Shown here in pieces: positions 1 to 7,986 of a DNA stretch of 19,035 nucleotides. The stretch is taken from contig JBNRMN010000005.1 of NCBI GenBank assembly GCA_050309605.1, positions 1 through 19,035 of the forward strand, given 5' to 3'. This DNA is from Anaerohalosphaeraceae bacterium. GTDB taxonomy: Bacteria > Planctomycetota > Phycisphaerae > Sedimentisphaerales > Anaerohalosphaeraceae. Under the pieces are notes generated by a model that ran no database searches, had not been told where the DNA came from, and saw only the letters and a list, made by a program, of their open reading frames with translations. The number at the start of each line of letters is the position of its first letter. The stretch's first letter is position 1. The translations under genes and the position numbers were made by a program.

Positions 1-18
1 TTTGGAAGTCTCGGTCAT
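1..18 (-). CDS. 5' end of a probable transposase (partial, MTETSK)
   Basis: ATG at 18 downstream of a TAnnTTTG motif and abutting a 13-bp hairpin. Only 6 codons are visible. Confidence 0.35.
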
Positions 19-60
19 AGCATTGTAATTAAGAGTTTGCACTACAAAATTACAATGCTA
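18..60. repeat. 13-bp perfect inverted repeat (TAGCATTGTAATT / AATTACAATGCTA, 17-nt loop)
   Basis: 18-30 is the exact reverse complement of 48-60. It overlaps the putative promoter and translation-initiation region. Confidence 0.9.
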
Positions 61-120
61 TTTTTTTGTCTAATCATGTCGATTTAACTTTTCCGATTTT
101 TGTCGATACAAAATTACCGA

Positions 121-2280
121 TTACACCTGTCCGACATCACCCTGCGCATAGCGCCGCAACGCGATGTTCATATTGTTCTTGATGCCGATGTAGTCCACCA
201 CCAGGCCCTTGTCTTTTCCGGGATAGACCCGGTTGACCCGCGAAATGGTCTGCACCAGCGTATGCTGCTGCAAGGGCTTGTCGATGTACATCGTATCGAG
301 ACAGTCCACGTCGAAACCCGTTGTCCACATATCGACAACCAGCGCAATCTTGAAATTCGACTTGGGCTTTTTGAACGCTTCGGCATAGGCACGGCGGTCT
401 TCATCCGTACCCAACAAATCGTACAACGCCGGTTCATCGTCCTTGTTGCGGGTCATGATCAGCTTGATCTTTTCGACAGGACGCTCCTGCCCCTCGCCGA
501 CATCACTCCCTTCCGAAACCGATTCCGGCTCGGGTAGTTGCACCCACTCGGGACGCAAGGCAATAATCTTCCGATAGAGATCAAATGCAATCGTCCGATT
601 CGCGCAGACAAACATGGCCTTCCCCTCCACCGTACTGCCCTCGGCAACCCGATTCTCATAGTGGGCAATAAAATCTTCGGCCACCGCCTGCAGACGATCC
701 GCATCCCCAAGAATCCGTTCCATCTTTGTAACGGCCTTCTTGCTCTCCTCAATCTGATATTCGTTCGCCCCCTCCTCGGCGCACTGCTTATAGTACTCCT
801 CTATCTCTTTGAGTTTGGCATGGTCGAGCAATACCTTTGCCGCGCGACCTTCGTAAACAATCCGCCGCGTGATGCCGTCCGCAACCGATTCGGTCATGGT
901 ATAGGCATCGACTACCTCGCCGAACACGTCAATCGTAGCATCAATCGGCGTTCCCGTAAAACCGACATAGGTTGCATTCGGCAGCGAATCGTGCAGGTAC
1001 TTGGCAAATCCGTAATTACGCTTGACACCCTTGTCCGTCTGCCTGATCTGCAACGAAAGATTGGTTTGCGAACGGTGCGCCTCGTCGGAAATGCAGATGA
1101 TGTTGGCCCGCTCAGACAACAGACTTGTATCCTCCGTAAATTTGTGAATGGTGGTGAGGAACACTCCTCCGCTTGTCCTGCCGGCCAGATGTTCGCGCAG
1201 CTTCTCCCGACTCTCCACCTCCACCACACACTCATCTCCAATAAACCGCTTGGCCGTGCCGAACAGTTTGGACAGCTGATCGTCCAGATCCGTGCGGTCC
1301 GTTATCAGTACGATTGTCGGACTGGCAAATTCCCGGCTCCGCATCAACATCCGCGACAGGAACAGCATCGTGATACTCTTTCCGCACCCCGTCGCGCCGA
1401 AATAGGTGCCACCTTTGCCATCCCCGTCCGGGCGGAGTTTGGAGTGCAGACGGATATTCTCGAACAGCTTGTGCGCAGCAAAGAATTGCGGATAACGACA
1501 AACGACTTTCCGTTCATCCTTCGACGAATCCGGAAAAAAGACAAAGTCTTTCAGCACGCTCAACAGACGCTCTCGCCGGAACAGCCCCTGCATCATCGTC
1601 TTCAGCGAGTTGATGCCGTCAAGAGCCCGCTCTTCGGCGTGAACCTTGCGCCATGCATAGAAAAAGTCGTAGGGAGCGAACAGCGAGCCGTATTTGTTGT
1701 TCACACCGTCACTGATAACGACAAACGCATTGTATTTGAACAGCTCGGGAATATCCCGCCGATACCTCACCGTCAGCTGCCGATAGGCATCCATGATGGT
1801 TGTCTCCTCCTTGACGGCGCTTTTGAACTCCAGCACGACCACCGGCAAACCGTTCACATAGACAATCCCGTCGGGAATACGGGTCTCCGCCCCTTTGATC
1901 TCCAACTGATTGACAACCCGGAAAATGTTGTTCGACAGACTCTTCCCGCCAAAGTCAATCGGTTCGACATACAAATCGGGCAGCGAGCTGTCGTCGCGCT
2001 TCAACGAAAACCCCTCGACCATCAGCCGATAGGTATGCAGATTGTTTTCATACAACGAGAATCCCACATTGGCGGTGAGTTTGGCCACGGCACGCTCGAT
2101 TTCGAGCGGTGTGATTCCGGCCTCATCGTAGCGACCGCGGAGATAGGCCCGCAAATCGTCGCGCAGCAAGACATCGCTCACCTCCTTGTGAATCTCTTCA
2201 CCGTTTGTATAGATATAACCCTCCTGCTGGAAAAGCTCCATAATGGACATCTCGAGGGCATGTTCGTTAAAGAATGCCAT
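121..2280 (-). pseudogene. hsdR: Type I restriction endonuclease subunit R, C-terminally truncated (719 aa)
   Basis: HsdR N-terminal nuclease motif (PDGIVYVNGLPVVVLEFKS), Walker A (ATGCGKS), DEAHRSQ, FTGTP, TTGFD, QTISRVNR. It ends just after the helicase core (VVDYIGI...GDVGQV*), lacking the ~300 aa C-terminal region usual for ~1000+ aa HsdR. Confidence 0.85.
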
Positions 2281-2285
2281 AGTTA

Positions 2286-2681
2286 TTAATCACAAAGATC
2301 CTTGATCGCTTGAACAATAGATGATCCTTGCCACTTGACGATTCGATCGGCGTTATCTTTTACTTTTTTAGACGTGCGCTCTGCCCCCCAAGGCTCAATG
2401 GCAATAATGGGTTTCGCATACTTCTTAGCTATTAGAATCTCTTTGTCAATCCATTTGCTATATGATGAATAAACACCAGCTAATATAAGAACGCAACTTA
2501 CGCCTTTAACTTTAGCATCAATAGCATCTGTTAATTGTTTGTCTGTTCCATTAGTATGAACCGGATCATTTCGCGGAATAGAATGGTTGTAATAGTCAAG
2601 ATGTTGGCTGTCTAACAGTTGGACTAATCTGTCATATGCGTCGCTATATGACCATGAATGGCTAATAAATAATCTGTACAT
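2286..2681 (-). CDS. TIR-domain protein, MTH538/DUF1863/ThsB-like (131 aa)
   Basis: N-terminal LFISHSW strand, CVLILAG, SKWIDKEI with the catalytic-position Glu, and KPIIAI: the typical ThsB-like TIR pattern. Confidence 0.85.
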   Translation of the reverse strand: MYRLFISHSWSYSDAYDRLVQLLDSQHLDYYNHSIPRNDPVHTNGTDKQLTDAIDAKVKGVSCVLILAGVYSSYSKWIDKEILIAKKYAKPIIAIEPWGAERTSKKVKDNADRIVKWQGSSIVQAIKDLCD

Positions 2682-2683
2682 AA

Positions 2684-3889
2684 CTAGTCTTTTATGTTTA
2701 ATATAATATTTTTTTGATCATTAAATGATTGTAGTTTCCATTCTTCCGGACGAAGTCCTATGAATTTAGTCTCATAGATAGTAGCGCGTTCTTTATCTCC
2801 GCATGCTAAATAAGAGTTGGAGAGTGTTGCATATTTCCATATAATATCATCAGACTCATCACTAATTGTTTGTAGTAAGTTAAGAATGATTTCTTCAAAA
2901 ATCTTTCTTGAACCAACTTTATAATAAATTCGTTCTTCATCGACTTCTTTTCTTGACATCTCTAACATGCAGGTAGCATAATTCTCTCCTGTGTAATAAT
3001 CGCTGTAAAGATCCCATCCTTTTTTGTAATTTTCAATAGCCTTATTTAAATATGCAGCATCCCGAGATAGCCGCCATAATCTTTTGTATATGGCGCCTAA
3101 GATTCCGAGTGTTTCAGTGTCGGTCGGATTAGATATTTTAGAGATGATTGTTAATGCGTCGGTTAATGCACTATATTCAGACGGTTTTTTACTTTTATAA
3201 GTGCATAACGCTTGTTGTTGAATATAATAATTTTCATTCTCAACGGTTTCACTTAATCTTTTCCATATATCGGCAGCCTCAACAAACCGATTATTTTGCA
3301 TATGTAATTTTGCCTTTTCTGTTAATGCATATATACTATTTTCATTATCGCGTAACTCTTGTATTATTGCCTCCAAAGCCTCTTCTTCGATATATGGTTG
3401 TGTTATTTGAGGTATGTAAGAATACAGCGGACTATCTGTAATAGGATTGTCTATTATAGTTTTTATTAGGCTCTTTAACTCTGTGATACATCGTTGCGCT
3501 TCTTGCTTGGATATTTCATTGCCAAGGTGTTCATAGTTAAGAATTCTGTTATGGCCTATATCAAATGGAATCTTTCCAGGACCTTCTTTTATAATAATTG
3601 TAGAATATTTTTTTAGGGTATGTCGTACCCCTAATTCATATAAAGCATTTGGATTGTCAGTAGAAATGTCAGCAATGACCAAATCTGCTTTATATAAAAG
3701 GGCATACATACTTCTATCAATAATCCCTGATTCGGTAATTTCGTCAGCACGCACACACCTTATATCTGCAGCTTCTACTGCTGGACGAATAATACATTTA
3801 TATGTTTGATCTAAGTCAATGGTTCTATTCGTTTCAGGGTCTTTCTTTTTACCAAAGCCCATGACAACAAAGCATATTTTCTTTTCCAT
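2684..3889 (-). CDS. Nucleoside 2-deoxyribosyltransferase-like domain + TPR protein (DUF4071 / MAP3K TRAF-binding, ASK1-like), ~401 aa
   Basis: CFVVMGFG...IIRPAVE...RADE...ADLVIADISTDNPNALYELGVRH (NDT-fold signature with Glu), then a helical TPR region (ETLGILGAIYKRLW, AIENYKKGW, DYYTGENYA, WKYATL). Start placed at Met10 of the ORF-track call, 10 bp after the upstream stop. Confidence 0.8.
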   Translation of the reverse strand: MEKKICFVVMGFGKKKDPETNRTIDLDQTYKCIIRPAVEAADIRCVRADEITESGIIDRSMYALLYKADLVIADISTDNPNALYELGVRHTLKKYSTIIIKEGPGKIPFDIGHNRILNYEHLGNEISKQEAQRCITELKSLIKTIIDNPITDSPLYSYIPQITQPYIEEEALEAIIQELRDNENSIYALTEKAKLHMQNNRFVEAADIWKRLSETVENENYYIQQQALCTYKSKKPSEYSALTDALTIISKISNPTDTETLGILGAIYKRLWRLSRDAAYLNKAIENYKKGWDLYSDYYTGENYATCMLEMSRKEVDEERIYYKVGSRKIFEEIILNLLQTISDESDDIIWKYATLSNSYLACGDKERATIYETKFIGLRPEEWKLQSFNDQKNIILNIKD

Positions 3890-3899
3890 ATCAGTACAA

Positions 3900-4499
3900 T
3901 TATTTGGGGTATACAATTACTTCGCTGGCAATTGGTTGCGCTCGTTTATCGAAGGCTTTATCGATATATAAATTAGGATTTTCTACAAAATCATCCCACT
4001 TGACTAAAACACAATAACGATCATCTTCAGCATATGAACATTTGCCATGGCTATTCAGATAGTAATTTCTATTAAACTCTTTAATTGTTGTATTATCATT
4101 TACCGCAACATGTTGGTGCTCTTTACCACATGTATTACACCTATATGAGCCTTTATATATCTTATCATACAATGCAGGTAACACAACTCCAAGTATTCCA
4201 TTTCTGGTGTTGTTTGCACCATTGTATAGTGAGGCTTGTAATTCTCGTTTAATAAAGCGTTGTTGATACCAACCCAAAGACTCGGCACTGCGTGCCCCGA
4301 TTAAAAAAATCGTAACCGTAGAGTCCGATAAATAATCCTCGCGAATTTTTCGCATAATATATTCTTCATTATCCGAATCTATGGGCTCGTTTAGTGATTT
4401 GTCAATCATATCGACTTTATTATCATCAACCCAACTTTGTATGGTCTCTTTGTACCATTTGTCTTCCGTCTTAAAGGAGATAAAGCATTTGTGTCCCAT
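3900..4499 (-). CDS. TIR-domain protein, DUF1863/ThsB-like (199 aa) with a CxxC-containing insertion
   Basis: KCFISFK, IMRKIREDYLSDSTVTIFLIG, FIKRELQASL (catalytic-position Glu), NGILGVVLP. Also carries CNTCGKEHQH. Confidence 0.85.
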   Translation of the reverse strand: MGHKCFISFKTEDKWYKETIQSWVDDNKVDMIDKSLNEPIDSDNEEYIMRKIREDYLSDSTVTIFLIGARSAESLGWYQQRFIKRELQASLYNGANNTRNGILGVVLPALYDKIYKGSYRCNTCGKEHQHVAVNDNTTIKEFNRNYYLNSHGKCSYAEDDRYCVLVKWDDFVENPNLYIDKAFDKRAQPIASEVIVYPK

Positions 4500-4511
4500 A
4501 TTTTCTTCATT

Positions 4512-5585
4512 TTATAGCCCCATCTTTGCCAATAGCAAAGACTGTAATTCGGTTAGTATTGATTGTTCTTCGTTCAGTGTTTCGAGGTATTTATAAACGC
4601 ATTCTATTCTGGTATTGAATGCAACTGCAATATCTTGGGGAGGGATTACACATTCTTGATTATTCAAAATCGCTTGTGTAAGCAATGGCTGACCGGATCC
4701 TTCACTTTGACTATTCAAATCCATTCTGTTGATTGTTTGATAAAGATAATAAGATAAATCGGAATGAGCAATTCCAATTATCGCATTATCATTCACCCAA
4801 CAATTTTTAGTCTCTAAAAATATACTTCCGCAGTTAATGCCTACTCGCCCAATGATTACTACATTTTTAGCATTGGACGCACTGCAATATCCAACTATTC
4901 CATTTCCACCATAAATCGGAATGTTACCCAATCCTTTTTGAACAGCTTTGCCGTTCTTAAAATCCGCAATTTCTCCCAATGTTCCCACACGCCAGCCGGC
5001 GGGGAGATGCTCGGGGTCGATGTCGTCCACAAACATCTTGCGGTAAAGCGTTTGCGCCGTGGCCTCCAGCTGCGCAATCATCGAACGATTCAGGTCGATA
5101 CGCCGCGACAACGTCTCATATTCCACAACCATCGCCCGCTGACGCTCTATCGACGGAATACAAACCATCGTTTCGCATAGTTCATCCCAATTATATCCAC
5201 CTCTCACCGATGAATCTGATTTGAAGTCTGCATACCTATCGAATTCTGCTCGGCGAAACCACATCATCAAATATTGAGGATTTAGCAAATCAACATCTAT
5301 ACTCTCGAATGTTATATATGCCGGCGAAACGATTATGGGAGAATCTGTTTCATTTAGCGCAATAGGAACCTTATGCACTCGAATAACAGACATGGGGTCA
5401 AAGGCAAATACATTATTATTTACGACCTTGTACTTGCTCAAATCAACACCCACAATATTTGATGTCGATGGACGAAACCGCTTTGTCATACTCAAACCAA
5501 GCAGATTCGTTACCGCCAAATCCCGATTCCGGACATCCACCTCCCGGATGTAATTCCCCAGCCGTTTATAATCACTTCTGTTCAT
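4512..5585 (-). CDS. hsdS: Type I R-M specificity subunit S
   Basis: Two TRDs separated by a conserved spacer (IPSIERQRAMV...LEATAQTLYRKMFVD..LPAGWRVGTLGEI); IGRVG, GSGQPLL and terminal LTELQSLLLAKM. Likely start MNRSDYKRLG at 5585, overlapping the hsdM end. Confidence 0.9.
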   Translation of the reverse strand: MNRSDYKRLGNYIREVDVRNRDLAVTNLLGLSMTKRFRPSTSNIVGVDLSKYKVVNNNVFAFDPMSVIRVHKVPIALNETDSPIIVSPAYITFESIDVDLLNPQYLMMWFRRAEFDRYADFKSDSSVRGGYNWDELCETMVCIPSIERQRAMVVEYETLSRRIDLNRSMIAQLEATAQTLYRKMFVDDIDPEHLPAGWRVGTLGEIADFKNGKAVQKGLGNIPIYGGNGIVGYCSASNAKNVVIIGRVGINCGSIFLETKNCWVNDNAIIGIAHSDLSYYLYQTINRMDLNSQSEGSGQPLLTQAILNNQECVIPPQDIAVAFNTRIECVYKYLETLNEEQSILTELQSLLLAKMGL

Positions 5586-7173
5586 GGGCGGCATCGTTTT
5601 GCTGGTGAACATCAAGCGGGTAGCCCAAATCCGTAAAGACCTTTGCCAATTCGCGGCGACTCTCCGTTTCGGCCTGCAGCAGGCGGTTCAATTCGTTACG
5701 CAGTTCCGTCATCCGGATCTCGAAATCGACCGTTTCATCCCGATTGACAAACTCGATGTATTTGCTGGGGACAAGCGACCATCCTTTGGCTTCGATCTCG
5801 TCGAGTGTGGCCGAGTAGCAATACTCCGGAACATTCCGATAGGTCTGTTCGTAGCCTTCACGCTGCCAGTTGTGGAAGTTCTCGGCAATACGGGCAATCT
5901 GCTCCTGCGAGAACTGGATATACTTCTTTTCGAAAGGCTCACCCCACTGGCGGAGGTCGACAAACAGCACTTCATTTTCGCGATCCCGGTATTTAACCAG
6001 TTCGCCGTTCTGCTCAACGGTACGGGCCTTACGGTTGCGGGCCAGAATCCACAGGGTGACGCTGATGTCGGTGGAATAGAACATATTGCGCGGCAAAATC
6101 ACAATGGCCTCGACTAGATGGTTTTTCAGCAGTTGACGGCGGATACTCAACTCCGTACCGTCGCCGCTCAACGCACCATTGGCCAGCAGGAATCCGGCCA
6201 TGCCGTTTGCCGAGAGTTTCGAGACGATATTCAGAATCCAACCGTAATTGGCATTACTCGTAGGCGGTACGTCATACCCCTGCCAGCGCGGATCCTTGGT
6301 CAGCTCGTTATCGGCCCGCCAGTCCTTCTGGTTGAACGGAGGGTTGGCCATGATGAAATCGGCCTTCAAATCCTTGTGCTGGTCGTCGTGGAAGGTATCG
6401 GCCGCCTTCTCGCCCAAGTTACAAGCGATACCCCGGATGGCGAGATTCATCTTTGCCAGTTTGTAGGTGGTGTTTGTATACTCCTGGCCATAGACCGAGA
6501 TATCTTTCCGGTTGCCGTGGTGAGCCTCGATGAACTTCATGCTCTGCACGAACATACCGCCCGAGCCGCAGCACGGGTCGTATATCTTTCCACGGTAGGG
6601 TTGAATCATCTCGGCAATCAGATTCACGATGGTCTTGGGCGTATAGTATTCGCCTTTTCCCTTGCCCTCGGCAATTGCGAACTTGCCCAGGAAATATTCG
6701 TAGACACGGCCAATCAGGTCGTGCTCCTTGTCCTTGAGGGTATCGATCTTGCCAATCACATCGAGCAGGCTCGCCAGTTTGATGCGGTCGAGTCCCAGAC
6801 CCGAATAATAGTTACTGGGCAAGGCTCCCCGCAAGGAGGGATTGTCCTTCTCGACCTGCGCCAGAGCCGCATCAATCTTGATGGCAATGTCGTTCTGTTT
6901 AGCATTCTCAATCAAATAGTCCCAGCGGCTGATTTCGTTCAGATAGAAAACATTCCGGGCGTTGTAGAACACCGCCTGGTCCACGAAGGCCGACTTACCA
7001 TCGGCAATCAGCTCATCACGTCGCTCTACAAAGCGGTCGTATGCATATTTGAGGAATATCAGACTCAACACCACATGTTTGTACTCCGACGGTTCCACTG
7101 ACCCCCGCAGTTTGTTGGCCGACTCCCACAAAGTCTCCTCGATACTTTTCTCTTTCAGTTGTTTCTTTGCCAT
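5572..7173 (-). CDS. hsdM: Type I R-M N6-adenine methyltransferase subunit M (533 aa)
   Basis: LWESANKLRG N-terminus, GEYYTP, YDPCCGSGGMF (SAM motif I), MANPPFN (catalytic motif IV). Confidence 0.95.
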   Translation of the reverse strand: MAKKQLKEKSIEETLWESANKLRGSVEPSEYKHVVLSLIFLKYAYDRFVERRDELIADGKSAFVDQAVFYNARNVFYLNEISRWDYLIENAKQNDIAIKIDAALAQVEKDNPSLRGALPSNYYSGLGLDRIKLASLLDVIGKIDTLKDKEHDLIGRVYEYFLGKFAIAEGKGKGEYYTPKTIVNLIAEMIQPYRGKIYDPCCGSGGMFVQSMKFIEAHHGNRKDISVYGQEYTNTTYKLAKMNLAIRGIACNLGEKAADTFHDDQHKDLKADFIMANPPFNQKDWRADNELTKDPRWQGYDVPPTSNANYGWILNIVSKLSANGMAGFLLANGALSGDGTELSIRRQLLKNHLVEAIVILPRNMFYSTDISVTLWILARNRKARTVEQNGELVKYRDRENEVLFVDLRQWGEPFEKKYIQFSQEQIARIAENFHNWQREGYEQTYRNVPEYCYSATLDEIEAKGWSLVPSKYIEFVNRDETVDFEIRMTELRNELNRLLQAETESRRELAKVFTDLGYPLDVHQQNDAAHEQK

Positions 7174-7262
7174 GCTTCAATTCTTTTCCGAACAACTCAC
7201 TTTCACCAACACGAATGCATTTTGATTCTTCAGTTGTCCGGTCTGTATTCATATATATTATA

Positions 7263-7270
7263 CAAATTTA
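7263..7270 (-). promoter_or_regulatory. Bacteroidota sigma-A -7 element (TAaaTTTG) for the hsdM operon
   Basis: Matches TAnnTTTG, ~90 bp upstream of the hsdM start. Confidence 0.55.
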
Positions 7271-7306
7271 CCAAAAATATCCGTGAATCACCTGTTTTCA
7301 GAGAAA

Positions 7307-7314
7307 TAACTTTG
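7307..7314 (+). promoter_or_regulatory. Bacteroidota -7 element (TAacTTTG), divergent, for the flavin reductase/helicase genes
   Basis: Matches TAnnTTTG, ~90 bp upstream of ATG 7407. Confidence 0.45.
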
Positions 7315-7406
7315 CGACATCCGCCTCAAAAAAGATTCGGATTTTGTCGAGTTGTCAAATTTTTGTAATTTTCGTAAAATCTCACCAATTAATTTCACAA
7401 TGTAAT

Positions 7407-7964
7407 ATGAAAAAAGACTTTGGATCGAAGAGTTGGCTCTATCCGATGCCGGTGCTGATCGTGGCAGCCTACGACGAGCAAGGTGTGCCCAATGTCATGA
7501 ATGCCGCATGGGGTGGCATGTTTACCGATGAGACAATCGGAATATGTCTCTCCGCCGGGCATAAAACCACGAAAAATATCCTTGCGACACGCGCCTTCAC
7601 TGTCAGCATGGCTACGGTCGACCAAGTGACGGCATGTGACTATGTAGGCATCGTATCCGGAAACAAAGTCCCCGACAAATTCGCCCGGGCGGGATTTCAT
7701 GCCACTACTTCGGCACATGTCAATGCCCCGCTGATTGACGAACTGCCCATGACGCTCGAGTGCGAACTACTCTCCTATGACCCCGAAAGCTGCCATCTGA
7801 CAGGACGTATCGTCAACATCTCGGCCGACGAAAGCATTCTTACCGACGGACAAATCGACCTGCGTAAATTGCGCCCGATCACCTACGATCCCATTCATCT
7901 CGAATACATTGAATTAGGAGTTACAGTCGACAAGGCTTTCTCCTGCGGCAAAAAACTAAAATAA
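7407..7964 (+). CDS. Flavin reductase family protein (flavoredoxin-like), 185 aa
   Basis: LYPMPVLIV, NVMNAAWGG, HKTTKNI...FTVS, CDYVGIVSG..DKF, APLIDELPMTLEC. Start MKKDFG at 7407. Confidence 0.9.
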   Translation: MKKDFGSKSWLYPMPVLIVAAYDEQGVPNVMNAAWGGMFTDETIGICLSAGHKTTKNILATRAFTVSMATVDQVTACDYVGIVSGNKVPDKFARAGFHATTSAHVNAPLIDELPMTLECELLSYDPESCHLTGRIVNISADESILTDGQIDLRKLRPITYDPIHLEYIELGVTVDKAFSCGKKLK

Positions 7965-7986
7965 CGGCACCTACCGCTATATCAGG

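Larger units (their letters stand above)
1..125 (-). mobile_element. Probable left end of an insertion sequence (IS21-like), reading leftwards out of the window
   Basis: Minus strand begins TGTAATCGG at 125, exactly where hsdR stops. It has two tandem imperfect subterminal repeats (ATCGGtaattttgtATCGACA / ATCGGaaaagttaaATCGACA), an abrupt AT-rich shift, a TAatTTTG promoter motif (52..45) and an ATG at 18 (MTETSK...) running off the window. A 5'-TG terminus plus repeated subterminal motifs is typical of IS21. Confidence 0.6.

Noticed and set aside
538..2289. 583-aa plus-strand ORF (and 100..537, 5584..6117, 6118..7101)
   Set aside because: Antisense shadows of hsdR/hsdM. They have no recognisable motifs, and long reverse-frame ORFs are common opposite GC-rich genes.
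2286..4499. Calling the cassette canonical Thoeris (thsA/thsB)
   Set aside because: No SIR2-SLOG or TM-macro ThsA is visible. The middle gene is NDT-like + TPR, so gene symbols were withheld.
7344..7406. N-terminal extension of the flavin reductase in the ORF track
   Set aside because: AT-rich promoter/leader sequence; family similarity starts at MKKDFG (7407).
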